DNA from: Sphagnum compactum
Taxonomy: Eukaryota
Length of the DNA stretch: 64,000 nt
Assembly: GCA_965153455.1 (NCBI GenBank)
Contig: OZ234494.1
Coordinates: 11,656,001-11,720,000 of the forward strand
Direction of reading: 5' to 3'
The notes beneath the pieces are model-generated. The model saw only the letters and a program-made list of their open reading frames with translations. It did no database searches and was not told where the DNA came from. This document shows positions 13,518 through 26,880 of this stretch, in pieces. Made by a program: the position numbers and the translations under genes. The stretch's first letter is position 1. The number at the start of each line of letters is the position of its first letter.

Positions 13518-14993
13518 CGGTATACATAACCGAAGCTGTTGTGTTTGGCAATCTCTATCCATTCCTTCGACCTCTATACATGCATTAGTCTACTAGTATC
13601 ATGTCTCAACTTCCCAAGGACACATAGATACATTGCAAGTACCAAGCAATCTTTACCAAATACCAACTTGGTTGCAGCAAGTTTTAGGGTTATAACAGAC
13701 TTCCAACGGATGGATGATTTTTTCCCCTCCTTCTACAGGAACCCTATATTTCAAAACCCTAAATTGGTTCCGAGAAGCAGGACATCCTCGTCCCTCTCTC
13801 TTCCTCCCGTCAAATGGACAAAAGCTTCACGAGTCTGCGTCTGGTTCCTTTCCAAGCACTCAAACGAAAGCTTGCTGCTGCCTGCAGATGTCGTTCACAA
13901 ACCATGAACAAATAGTGTGTTTGACTTTCTGAATCCGCTGACGAAAATAGCAGGAATCATAACTCCGTTTCTAACTCGCTATCGGTAGACGAGAGAGAAT
14001 TCAATTGACGTTTCGAATCCAAACGGGCCAGGGGTGATAAGTCAATTCGACGACTCCCCTCGACTTTCTAACAAATTCGCAGAAGAACGAAATTCCAATT
14101 CCTACTCTCTGTAAGTATTAAACGCTAATTCAAAATACCTTCAAAAACAAAAAATCGAAATCCTAAGCTGCAGGAGCTCGTAATGGGCTGTGTTCTCTTC
14201 TTCTTCTTCTTCCCGAAAGCACACAACATGCAGGAAAAATAAAATAAAATAGAGAAACAGGAGACGTCGAAACATATTCCAATCTCACAACCATCCGAAC
14301 CTAGTTGCAAACTCAGAACAGACGAAATTAACACCGACGTCAGCACAGAAAGCATTCTTCAGACAAGATTCAAGTCAAATTCGACAGCGCACACTCTTCC
14401 CATTCATTCAATCATCCCCACACCCAAAATCCGAATCACAGCTCAATTTTTCCTTTTTCTTTAAACCTGCAGCATCATGAAACCACATATTTTATTTTCG
14501 TCTCACCGTCCACTACGATCCGCCTCCAGCACCTCAGCCACCGAAATCGGCAACTGATGTCCAACAAATTGACGCACTAGAATCCGCACGCGCGTCTCTC
14601 TTCAATCTCTCGCGCGCTCGCGCACAAGCCCCCAACACGCACACCATGCACGTATTCATACATAAACGTGTACACATACGCATCAATATACATAAAAGAT
14701 ACGACATATGTCCTCTCTCTACAAGTCCAGGGTATTTTTTTTTCCAAATTCGCCAAATAGTCCACTGGCGAGGATTCCCATCATTAATTAGCATTAATTG
14801 GCGATTCTCCTCGGAGGCCTGTAGCATTTTTACAAAAGTGCTGCTACAATGTGGCAACCTAGGAAGTGCCGAGGTTTAGATGTGGTTAATTTAATTACTT
14901 TTATTTCAAGAAATGATTGAAAAAATCTTTAAAAACCACAATTTTTGTTCATTTTTGTTCACCAAGTTCCAAAAAGTCAAAAAAAAAAAAGCT

Positions 14994-15286
14994 GCTTACA
15001 AGTGATGTTTGGTACAAACTCATTTGCAAAAGGTATAGCTGAAAAAAAAAGGAATTTTTTTATTGAAAGTTGTTGAAATTGTTGAGAATCAAACTCCCAA
15101 CTTGTGTAAAATTGTTTATAGTTTCAACCATTGGGTTACTACTATTACACATATACAGGGTTTATTTTTGCATTCTTATTACTCAATTGTTGAAATTCTT
15201 AAAAGATAAAATTGAAATTGCTGAACCTTGTTTTTATACAAGTACATAAATTCTTGGCAAAGAAGTGTTGATTGCCAGTAGGCACA
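14994..15286. repeat. Dispersed repeat, copy 2 (inverted relative to 13236-13517)
   Basis: TGATGTTTG, TGAAATTGTTGAGAAT, TCAACCATTGGGTTACTA and CTCAATTGTTGAAATTCTT occur in mirror order to copy 1. Confidence 0.75.
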
Positions 15287-17627
15287 ACACAATCGCCAAC
15301 CAAATTCCAACAAATTCATGTACTAAAGTCTGCATGTGAGTCCCTCTATCTCTCTTGCCTACAACCCCCCATACATGTACCATGCATGTATTCATGTACA
15401 TACGTGTATAAACATATGCATCAATATCAGCATTTTTATTGATGAAATGCCGCCAAAAAGCGAAATTAAAAAACTTAAAAATTCGAAATTGAAGTGATTT
15501 TTGAGGTTTTCAATTGCCAAAATCCAGGGGAAAAATAGTAAAAATTGCCAGATTCTGATGTTTGGTTTTGCAGTGTGTAGACAAAAGTGGAGAAGGACAA
15601 TTAAAGTTTTGTACTTCATTTCTGGTTTATAGCCAGATTTGGCTAAATCTTCCTAGGGATGATTGCCACTTTTCCTATGCATGATAGTCACTTTGGCTAC
15701 AAACAAAAATTCCATAAAAAAACACAGAGATTCAATATACACCAAGGAAACGACGTATGTGGTCGGTGGACTGCATGAGTGGACCCATATTTGACCAAAC
15801 GTGCTGAATAGGAAAAGAGAGGAACAAAAGCCCAGCCCAAACCACCGGTTTGTCCAAAGGTCGTTCACGTGTTAGTTTCCCAGTGGCTCTTATTTGTGGC
15901 CCAGAAAATTCCGGCGCTGTAGGCTGCTGGTCGGAGCCGCCAGCGCTGATGAGAACACGTACAAAATAACAAAGCAAACCAGCAGCGGTGCGCCATGTGT
16001 TGCGCTTGCTGTTTCGAAGCAAACAAAGCAAGTGTTGCGCTCGGAAGAAGAAAACGACGGCGAAGGGCCGCGGCCCACAAATCATTGTCTTGCCAAGGAT
16101 AACATTAAACAAACATCTAGGGTTCCGACGCGATCCTTTCCTTTCCCTCCTTCCCTGTTTACAAGGAGACAAAGATTTCGGGGCTAGAAAAACAAAAATT
16201 AAAAATAAAATAAAACCATCAACAGCAAAACACCTATTGTAAATAGAATTGGACGGCAAACAGTTCAGTTTCTGTATCATCAGAATTTGGAAAAACAATT
16301 ATCAGATCTACTTTGCAATTTTCTTCCGAGGGTACCGTAGTACACGTGAGAATCTTCTCGTCTGAACGGATATGACCCTGACCAAGTTGTAGTGGAGAAC
16401 GAGGATGTAGCTGTAACACTTGAACCCGAACAGCTTCATTTCCTCGCTGGACCTATCCTTGCTTGCTGGGGTCCACACTTGTTATTACTTTAGACATGTG
16501 TGGATTGTGTACTAGATTAGTTTTTGTTATTTGCATGTACGTCATGCTGCTACCGTAGGCAGGTATAGCTATCAACTGCTGTTCTAGTCATTTAGTTATG
16601 AAGCACCCACCGGCCAGATTTTGTATTTGTTGTTGTTTTCGGAGCAAAATCAAAGTGACGGATAAGAGGAGCTGGTAGTGTAAAGAAGGTCACATATAGA
16701 CGGAGGGAGGGAGAGAGAGAGAGATTTGATGAGGCGGAAATTCAGTGGATGGAAGGGATGTAGCTTGTTTAATTGGTTTTATAGGGGAGTTGCAGGCTCC
16801 GAGATGGAGTGCTCTTGAAGTAAAGGGCACAATTTACAAAAAAAAAAGGAATTGCTTAAGAAGGAGGGATCACTCCTGCTCATACCCACTTGAAGAAGCA
16901 TACGTTGTTGCTTTGTTGCCCATCAGCACATGAACATCAATTCTCTCTCAAAAAAAGCAGTTGATGAAAGCTAGACTTGACAGAGAAACGGTACTAAGGT
17001 GCTGCTTAATTGGGAAGCAAATCGGAAAGGAAGAAGTAGCGAGCAGGATCCCAGAAGCTGTGAGCAAACCACAAAGAGCATGCTAGCAGCTGTGGCAGTC
17101 GTAGTAGTAATTGTGCGAAATTGGGATCGGAGTAAATTGACTTGGGTCTTGGCGTATCTGCACAAGGGGAGCTTGCAACGTCTTGAATTGCAGTGGAAGT
17201 GTAGGAAGCTTGGTTTTCATTGCTGTGCATTTCTTTCTCCTTTGTTGGGCGTATGCCTTCTGACTTGAAATCGTTGCGTCACTCAACAAAACGATCAGTA
17301 CCTAGGTTGAAGCAATCTTGTTTTGGAAATCTGTAGATAATTACTACGTGCACACAGTTCTCATGTCGTCAGTGAATTTTGGTCTTTTGAAGGTGCTGTT
17401 GGGGTGCTGTTTGACGAAGTTGAGAGAGGTCGCCAAGAGAGAAAAAGGTGATAAATTGCTCATGTGCTAATCGTAAGAGAGAATAGGATGAAGCCCCTCA
17501 AGGGAGGAGGCTAAAATCACTACGCCTCTCATCACGAGAGGAGCGACCGAGCGAGCGAGAGAGAGAGAAGGCTGAAGGGGAGAGGGGTACCAGAGCAGAT
17601 TTGTTCGAAGGCGTGCAGGAACTAATT

Positions 17628-19585
17628 ATGCAGATTCTGTGTAGGCAAGCAGCAGTAAGATTAAGCAAACTGGAACCAAGTGAATCCCCGCCGGATTCGA
17701 GCAGCTACGGTAGCCCGCCGGTGAGCCGGATAACGTCGAGGCTGCCGAATCCACTCTCTGAAGTATCGCTCATGGTGTCTGCATTAGTTCAGCCTTCGGC
17801 GACGCTGCCTACTCCCGGCTTGGCAGCAGCAGCAACAGATTACAGGTACGAGGCGGCCAGCTCAAGCCACCGTGCCCCGGATGATATCTATCAGCAATAC
17901 GGGGATATTAGGAGAGGAGGAGGAGGAGGAGGAGGAGAGCTGGGAGACCCAATGGTGGGCCAGAAACGATATCGAGCAGAGGAGCAAGAAAGAGACGGAG
18001 ATGAAGAGTACAGGAAACTACTGTGGAGTACACTGCAGTGGATCGACCCTGAGAGCTCAAGTGCTGCTGCATGGCAGACGGTAGCTGAGGCAGAAGCCAG
18101 TAGGCGTCGCACAGACACGACGAGCATGATGATCGAAGGCTCGGAAGGAGGCAGCGGTAGCAGTAGCGCTTATAGCTCTGCCTCCATCCAACCTGAGATC
18201 ACCTACCATTCGAGATCAGGGAAACTACCGGATCTTTCTTCACCAGAGCTTTCCTCGCTGCCTGTGAAAGGTATGTCCATAATCTTCTTCCTCTTCTGAG
18301 TTCCTGATTTGGATCTCGATTTTGGCAAGGTTGAGAATTGTTTAGCAGGAGATTTGTGAAGTGTAGCCCAGACGACTTTTCTCTAGAGGATTTCTCTGAA
18401 CCTCTTGCAGCTATCAAGGGTTTTAGACGAGCTGAATTGAGGGTTTTCAGGGGAGTGACAGTGCTGAAGCTTTTATGACACAACTGCTGATTGAATGTCT
18501 GAATGAACTGCTGCGGGTTGGTTGCAGAAGAACTCACAAAATATGAGCCTATGGAAGGTCAAGCAGTGGAGGTGGGAGAGGCGTCTGCAATGCACTCACC
18601 CATGGAAGCTACTGGGCCACTGGAACCTGCAAGTCAACCTGTGGTGCAACCAGCAAAGAAGCGGCATTACAGGGGAGTGAGGCAGCGACCTTGGGGGAAG
18701 TGGGCAGCAGAAATTCGGGATCCAAAGAAAGCAGCAAGGGTGTGGCTAGGAACATTTGACACTGCTGAAGATGCTGCTTTAGCTTATGATGCTGCTGCTA
18801 GGAATTTCAGAGGGCCCAGAGCTAAACTGAATTTCCCTGACCACCCTCCAAGGGAACCCCAAGAGGCATCCCCTCTGAGCATTCCCTCTCCCACAATGGT
18901 ATTGTCACAAACATCCTCAACTTCCTTGATGACATCAGTACGTGCTCCCTCCACATCAAGGGCAATGGCAGCTGGGGACTCAATGAGGCAGGTGCCTTCT
19001 TCCAACATGATGAGCTGGAGTGCTGCACCCAGAGTTCCAACCTCAAGTCTTGTCAACATCCCCAGCACGGATATCCAACAGTCACCTTCAAATTTGCCTG
19101 CAGTTTACACAACATACTGGAGTCCTGATTCAGTGCAACAATCTATGACAATCAGTGACCAGCAACAGTTGTGGTCACAAAGGTATGGCAGCTCTGCAGC
19201 TCCAACCACAACACCACCAGTTTATGGTTTCCCATATGGCTCTTCAAATGTGTTGCAGCAACCTGGATCATCGAATGTGATCCAGTACAGGTTTGAAGAT
19301 ATGCCGGCTACCAATTTTCAAGCCCCACAAGGTGAGCAGGCAAGTACCAGCATGCCAGCACATATGCTTGGGCAGCAGCAACAGCAAGCCAGTGTTGAGG
19401 TAGGCAGCTCTCAGTCAAGTTTGAGACAACCGGAGCTGTCATTTGATCAGATATTTGAGCAGACAAATAGTGGGTGGAGCCCTGGATCAACAGTAGGACA
19501 TGAAGGCAGTGGGTTGTCACCTGTTCAGGACTTAGTCAACACTTACTTCAACATTCCAGATGATCAACAACCACCTCAACCCTAA
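17628..19585 (+). CDS. AP2/ERF transcription factor, ERF subfamily, group X-like (ABR1/RAP2.6L/ERF114-115 type), about 566 aa
   Basis: Exons 17628-18270 and 18528-19585 with a GT..AG phase-1 intron that joins in frame. AP2 domain [58 protein letters not shown] at about 18665-18837 has the ERF-type Ala14/Asp19. N-terminal [11 protein letters not shown] resembles the group X motif (EMSxMVSAL). The start codon is inferred. Confidence 0.93.
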
Positions 19586-20267
19586 ACATTTGTACTCTCC
19601 ATACAAGCTTCCTGTCATGGTTTGTACTCACATATGGATGAGACAACTCAGGTATTGATCTGTAGATCTAGTTTCTGAAGGGAGGGTTGTGTCCAGGAAG
19701 GATGATTGCACTAACATGTGTCAGCAGTCCAGTGCTGAGTTAGGAATTATAGATATAACACAGACAGATCCCCGGGGGCTGCAATATGGACAGTCAGCCC
19801 TACAGGATCTTAAATGATTTGAATGCCCTTTCAGTAATTGTATTGAAGGTGCACTCCATCATGCACCTACCACACAAGCTCTGATGTATTGTCAAAGCAT
19901 TGCAGGTGTAACAATTTGGCAATGATTCAGCCATCATTCTTTCATTCATTTACTATTCAATCAATATTCTTTCACAGAGTATCAACTCAGAGACATCTAT
20001 TTGGAACTGCAGTAAGTGAAGCTAGCCTAAAGGAGATGGTTGCCTTTGTGCTACTTGTGAACCTGTTTCTTTTGGGAAAGCTGAGAGATAATAGCCCTAG
20101 GAACTCTCCACACTTAAATTGGGTCAAGCTTTTTAGAAGATGACAGTTGACCTGATAAAAAGGGTAATGAGATTTCAACCAAACAATAAGAGACCATACA
20201 GCAAACTTCAGGAGAAATACCAACTAAGACGACCAGAATAATGAATAATGTGTAGTGTGAAAAATAG

Positions 20268-20711
20268 AACTCATCCCTCTCACATGTTGAGTGACCATCA
20301 ACAGCAACATATCTAATGAGATTCCAGTGAAAATTCCACAATAGCACTTTGACTTCTATGTCAGTTATGGCCATACCAAAACTCATCCCTCTCACATGTT
20401 GAGTGACCATCAACATATCTAATGAGATTACAGTGAAAATTCCACAATAGCACTTTGACTTCTATGTCAGTTATGGCCATACCAAAACTCATCCCTCTCA
20501 CATGTTGAGTGACCATCAACAGCAACATATATAATGAGATTACAGTGAAAATTCCACAATAGCACTTTGACTTCTATGTCAGTTATGGCCATACCAAAAC
20601 TCATCCCTCTCACATGTTGAGTGACCATCAACAGCAACATATATAATGAGATTACAGTGAAAATTCCACAATAGCACTTTGACTTCTATGTCAGTTATGG
20701 CCATACCAAAA
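20268..20711. repeat. Tandem repeat, 112 bp x4 (one unit 106 bp)
   Basis: Unit AACTCATCCCTCTCACATGTTGAGTGACCATCAACAGCAACATAT..GGCCATACCAA starts at 20268, 20380, 20486 and 20598. Units are nearly identical; unit 2 lacks 6 nt. Confidence 0.97.
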
Positions 20712-23619
20712 CAAACACAAGAATGCGTGTGGTCATAACCTTGTGTGTGTGACTCACAGCATCTTAAACCATCACCTTCAACATTAGTGGTAGTGACTAG
20801 CTGACACATTACTCCCAGCTGACTTCATCAGATCCCAATAGTGGTTGTAGATAATATCTTCATGAGCAGTGATAACTCTTCCATACTTGCAATTTAAGTC
20901 AAGCTGAAGAGAATTGAGAGATGAGCCGATAATAAGGTTATAGATATATCAGACCTGAAAACATATCACATCAGAAAAAAAAACAGAGGAATCCCAACCC
21001 TAAATTACAGAGAACACAATGAAATACATCAAAGACAAATGAGCAGTTTGAAAAACACAACAGTCACAGACATGCTTCAGAGACCTTTAACAGCGGTAAA
21101 TGCTAGATTTTCTGAAATGTTAAATTTAGATAGCAGCAGCCTACCTTGAAACATGGAGTTTGGGTCCCAAAAATAAAAACCTGCTCAACAGTGAGTTCTC
21201 CATGTATTTTGTGTGTCTCTGTCTTCTCCATTGGTCACCCTCCCTGCAGCAAATGTGGTTGATCCTTTCCTTTGGTACAAGGACTTGGCATAAGTATTCA
21301 GCTATGCTTGAAAAGTAAGAGGAACATAGCTCTGCCTTCCATGTCCTTTAAGGAAAAACTCTGGAACATTTTCTTGCTGAGCACACCTCTCCAATAGCTG
21401 CAAAACACTGCGTCTGAGCAAAGTTCCATGCAGATCCAAAAAAGAAGTTGCACAGCATTTCCCTCTTTGCACTTTCAGAGCAAATCGAAATTCACCACAG
21501 CCATTTCTATTAATATTCCAAGAAACATGAATTTTTGCATTTTCCACACTGCTAAAAAAGCAGTAAATCTGTGCTCCAGAAACAGGGCATGGACACCGCA
21601 TGCATGTTGCAGATTACAATCAAAGGAAACACCATAGACAATTCACTGATGCGATCGACAACAAAGTTCTCTTTCTTTTAGGGACAGCCTTTCAGAGGAG
21701 GTTCGACGATTGAAATGGCTCCAAGCACTGATGACTACGTCTAATGCTCAGGTTGAGAAGAGGACACCGTGCTTCAATCTTGCAAACCCTGACTGCGACT
21801 TTAAGCTTTGTCGGCAAGAGAATTTACACAAGACACATGCCGGATTGAGCAAAACATACACACATAAGAGCACATGAGGGGATGCATTGCGAAACATACA
21901 TACATGCCTGCCATTTGAACGGTTTCGCCAGGAGGAGGAAGATTCTCGCAAGCCTACTTTCCTGCAAGACATTAGCCCCGATAAAAGCTTCGAGCAAACC
22001 CCAGTAAACACACCCCTCCACTTGCATCGTAGCACTCCGGGAACACCTTGTGAAAGATTTTGTTAGACACAGCAAGAAAGTATTCTCTCTCGCGAATTAC
22101 AACCAAATCGGAAGGAAATAAATTTGCCACTTCTTTTCCTTCAGTATTGCCCCTGACAGCCACAGATTTGTCGCCTCCGTTTACCTCATTGCAAGGCAGA
22201 AATCGCATCTCGCGACAGCCTCCAGTTTGTCGTCGGGTGCGCGAAGCGCGCGAGGGAGGGGCCGGGGATACGGGTATCAATACTTGTTTTCTACCCTCCG
22301 GAGCGAAACAAAAAGCCATGCAGTTACCAGAATTTACTTACACATTACAGAGTTGACAGTACATATATATATAAATAGTTTAGTGAATTTTATTTTATTT
22401 TATTTTTTAAAGAAAGATTCCATCTCTATTGTTATGCGCTTCTACCCGCGTTTTACCCGCCACTAACCACGACAGTAGCCTTCAAAGCTTTTACTGAGAG
22501 ACACCATTGAATGAATTGATTGTCAACCATACATCAAATTTTCATAATGACCTGCCAGAAATTTTGCAGTGTATCTGGAGGTAGCCTTTTAAAGCATATT
22601 TTTTCATCCAGGAGCAGGGAGGGCATTTCTTTTTTCATCTTTAAGTTATCCATAAAGTCGAGCAAACACGGCATATGAAGCTTGTGTTTGGCCGATTTAT
22701 GAGACGTAACTTCAAAGATGGTACCAAAAAATTACACACAGGCCCAACGGGCATGCGACTCAGATTTCGAGCAAGACTTGGCAGGAACTGAGTACCATGC
22801 CAAGTTTCCTACCTCTGCATTGCTCAGAGAAGCTCACGTCTCGACCCCTTATTTTTGCGTTCGCATTTTCATAGTTTTCGCATGCTTACTTACTTCACAC
22901 ATTTACCTTTATTTTTCACACATTGGTCATTGGGGCTTGAATCGGCTCCAGGGTTTCCTAAGGTAGTCTGCTATTCCTTTCCCCTTTTCCTTTTTCTAAT
23001 TCTTTCATACATGCGATTGTTGTTTTTTTCCCCTACAAATTATAAGCTTGTAGTTTTGGAACTTAGAGCTGCTTGCTATTGCGATTGTTGTCTTTGCTGC
23101 ATAGGAGGAAGAGCCTCATATCCTAGGTGGTGTCGCCATTTTCTATACAAGGAAGTAAAACCATAGTTGTTGGTAATCCACCAGAGAGCTTTGGTGGAGG
23201 AAGAAACCGATTGTTGCAAATGAGAAGCAAGCAAGTCCATGTCCTAGGTATTTGGCTGATTTTGTTTTCTACTAGAAGTATTACCTTTTGAATACTCACT
23301 AAAGCAATTGCAGAATGTGGTGAAGGTGGTGAAAACTTGCTTGGATGACAATTGGAAGCGAAGACCTAGCATGAAGAAGTTCTCATTGCCTTTTACAACT
23401 TTGAATCCAAAGATGTTTCCAGCTTTGACTTTAGCTTTGAGGTAGGGTGTTACTCTCCTTCTCTCCTTCAAAGAACAATGCTCCTTCTATTGTGGTGGGA
23501 ACATATGTATCTCATGGAAGAACAATCTACAAGAGATCCAAGCTTTCTGTCATCTTGGCTTGCTTTTCTTTGGGAATTTCCAATGGATTTTGTGCATCAT
23601 AACATCAAAAAAACATGGG

Positions 23620-24500
23620 CTCAGCCATGAGTTTTCAACCTCCTTTAGGATTTTAGATTGAACTGTGAAAATGTGAAGAGCTCCATGAGCAAGATTAGAT
23701 TAAACATGAGTTCAACCATTAGTCTTCAGCCTCCTTCAGGGTTTTAGATTGAGTTGTAAAAATGTGAAGAGCTCCATGAGCAACATCAGATTAAACATGA
23801 GTTCAACCATGAGTCTTCAACCTCTTTCTAGGTTTTAGATTGAGTTGTGAAGATGTGAAGAATTCCATCAACATCATCATCACAACAAGTAACAACATTA
23901 GAAACAAGTTGTGGAATTCTTCTTGGACCTTTGTTATTAGGGTTTGTTGTATTCTTCTCCTCGAGAAAAAAATTTCAAAACCCAAATATGAGAAGAGAAT
24001 TGTTTCTTCTCCTTGTTCAATTGGGAATCATTTATTATTGAATCACGAATAACTGTTATGTAGCCTTCAAGTTGTTAGACCGAGCTATGAAGAAGATGAG
24101 CTCTATGAGCAAGTATTATTTCAACAATCCTTGAATGAAGATTGTGGTATTTTTGGACTCTTCATTATTAGGTTTTGCATTATTTCCTTCAAGAAAAAGC
24201 TTCAAAATTGACTAGAAAAGAATTTTCCCTCTTGGTGCAATTAATAAGGATTGAAGCAGGTGCCTCAACCTTCAAGGTTGTTAGGTTAAACTATGTAGAT
24301 GCAAGCTCACAAGCATCACCACCACAAGCAAAAAGTTGTGGAATTTTGGACCCTTGTTATTAGGTTTTTAATTCTTTGAAGAAAAGCTGCAAAACTAATT
24401 TTAGAAAAATGTTTCTTCTGGTTTAGTTAGGAAGGATGAAAATGTGGTTCTTCATACTTCCTTTAGGTGAGACTAAGCTATGAAGATGCTATGAGCTCAT
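23620..24500. repeat. Degenerate tandem/dispersed repeats (about 90-100 bp core), probably TE-derived
   Basis: CAACCTCCTT(T/C)AGG.TTTTAGATTGA..TGT.AAAATGTGAAGAGCTCCATGAGCAA recurs at about 23635, 23727 and 23817, and more degenerately at about 24060, 24265 and 24460. Confidence 0.7.
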
Positions 24501-24804
24501 GACCATCATTGTGACAAGCATTGAAGCTTACATCCTTTTGTGAGCAACTTGTTTATTTTTCTAGTGAAAGGATTTAAGGCAAGAAAGAATATATCTTGAT
24601 TTCTAAAGTGGGAGATGGAAGCTTGGACATGAAATTGAACTTGATTGATTAAGAGTATGCAACATGGGAGGAGATAGAACTCATTAAGAAAAGGTGACCA
24701 ACACATAGGTCACACATACCCAAGAATACCTTTGGGAGATTAAACACATTGGCGGAATTAAATTAGGGTCATTCTCTAACCATGTTCACGAAAGTAGTAA
24801 AGTC

Positions 24805-24968
24805 ATCATACTTGTGTTGTGGTTGAAGGAATTAGGAATAGTAAAAGGGAGGGTGCCATAGGTAAAATATTATACATGGTTGCAAAGTCATCATACTTGT
24901 GCAGTGGTTGAAGGAATTAGGAATAGTAGAAGGGAGTGTGCCAAGGGTAAAGAATTATACATGGTTGT
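24805..24968. repeat. Tandem duplication, about 85 bp x2
   Basis: AAAGTCATCATACTTGTG..GTGGTTGAAGGAATTAGGAATAGTA.AAGGGAG.GTGCCA..GGTAAA..ATTATACATGGTTG occurs twice. Confidence 0.9.
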
Positions 24969-25609
24969 TACAAATGAAAGTAGGAAAAGTAGGGGACTCT
25001 TTCTATCCCTACCACAAAAGTTCCGTTAATTTCATGTCATGAATCACCTTGTAACCTCTTATTTCATCATTCGACATCTACACTTGCAGGAGCTTCGTCA
25101 TTGCCTAAGCTTATGAAACTCATCAAGATGGTCTACAACAAATTTGAGGAAGCCAATTTTGCAAGCTTTGAAACTTGCAAACTCTAGAAGGCATTCTGAG
25201 GACGGAGGGAGTTCTAAGGATGGATTTTGAAGAATACCATTTTATCTTAATAAACTCTGTAGCAACAAGAATTTGCAACATCTTTTAAGGTGAGGTTTAG
25301 CCCAACAAGATGGTTTTGGTAACTTAAGGTGGAAAAAAAAAAACGTTTTTTTATTGTTACGCGTAGAATCTTTCTTTTTGGTAAACATTTCTCCTATTGT
25401 TGTGGTCATTCTTCACATGTTGATGCAAGGGTTGTGATTTTTTCCAAACTTTAATTGATGGCTAGCTAAAAGACTCTTTGAAGCAAACCGATTTTGAACC
25501 TACAAAACTAGAAACAAAACATCTTGTTTTCTTTCCAAAAACTAAAAACTTGTTTTCATTTCCACAAACTCTAGAAATTGTGCCTTACCCCAAACCCTAA
25601 ACCCTCAAA

Positions 25610-25925
25610 ATGTCCCCATAGCCATGAAAACCCCAAAAAACACCCAAAACATCTATTGCCTCCTTTAATGGATGCATTTGTGATTGAGCATATCCTCCCA
25701 AAATTGCCTTTGGACCTATCTATGATGTGGTGCCTTTGTCAAGTAAACCATGTGGCATAGAGTTATGGGTGAGTCCCTTGATTAGCATGCTTTAAACATT
25801 GTGAAATATCAGAAACTATTGCTACTTGGAAGGACTTCCAAGGTGTTCTTTGAAACAACGTTTGTAATTTGAAGTTCACTATTTGAAGTTTTGCTTTTTA
25901 GATGATGCAAACATTTGAAACTTTA
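25610..25925 (+). pseudogene. Small F-box-like ORF remnant
   Basis: HLLPPLMDAFVIEHILPKLPLDLSMMWCLCQVNHVA resembles an F-box (LPxLPDxxxxxIxxxLP..LxxLxxVxxxW). A frameshifted continuation reads ..GLPRCSLKQRL*FEVHYLKF. Intronless. Confidence 0.45.
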
Positions 25926-26055
25926 GTTTAAGGTTGGGTTTGAAACTTCATGTGTTTTTGTGGTTTTACAATTCAATAAACTTTGACATTTTGAAAAACT
26001 TATTGTGCATTAGTAATTACATATTCTTGAAACCCTAATGTTTGGTTTGTAGTGA

Positions 26056-26880
26056 GAATGATTTCAAATTTTCGATGAATTCAATGTGTGTGAATTTTAG
26101 TATTGTCCTAAAACCCTACCCTAAAACTTGCAACTATAGAAATCTAGTGATTGAAATACAGTTTGGAAGCCAAGGGTTTATATTTGAAGTGGCAACTTGT
26201 GTTTATAGTTTGTAGTTTAAACATAGACCTTAATATGTTGCCCCTAATGAATATGGTACTCAAACACACCTAAAACCCATCTTTTTCGATCTGATGGCTT
26301 TTAAGTTTATAAGGTTTATGGGATTGAATATGCCCAGGTATTTATGTACCCTTGAAGCCTTACTTGTCCATGTCTAACTAGAATGATTTCAAATTTTTTT
26401 TATAAACTACATGTGTGTGATTCTAAGTATGGCCTTGAAGCATCATAATTGAAGTTCAATTTGGAAGCTAAGGGTTTTTGCTTGAAGTACCAACATGTGT
26501 TAATGGTTTATAATTTAAGCATAGTCCTTAATATGTTGCCCTTGATGAGTATGGTACTTGTCTTCCTAGATCTGAAACTTTCAAGTTTATAACGTCTATT
26601 GGATTACATGTATATGGATATTTACGTATCTTTGAAACTTTAATTACACATTTTAAGCTAGAATGACTTCAAGTTTTTTATGGATTGGATGTGTGTGTGA
26701 TTTTAAATATGGCCTTAAAACCCTACCTTTAGTTTTCCAGTTTTAGAAATTGGTAATTCATGTTGAAGTTGGAGTGAAGGGGTTTTTAAATGAACTAGCA
26801 ACCTATGTGTGGTTTGTAGTTTAGGCATTTACTTTTGTCTTTTGGCTTTGATGAGTATGGTATTCAAACATTTTTGAAAG
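26056..26880. repeat. Degenerate tandem repeat, about 280-325 bp x3
   Basis: AGAATGA(T/C)TTCAA.TTTT..TGTGTG..GCAAC..GTGT..TGAGTATGGTA blocks recur at about 26056, 26380 and 26660. Confidence 0.75.

Noticed and set aside
15935..15941. GCC box (AGCCGCC) upstream of the ERF gene; G-box CACGTG at 43755 upstream of the germin gene
   Set aside because: Single short motifs are expected by chance; no supporting evidence.
15732..16298. 188-aa minus-strand ORF and several overlapping ORFs
   Set aside because: GC-rich promoter-like region open in many frames; no recognisable domain or ATG context.
20268..20711. CRISPR-like array (also considered for 2326-2587 and 10316-10510)
   Set aside because: Whole units repeat with no unique spacers, there are no cas genes, and the context is eukaryotic.
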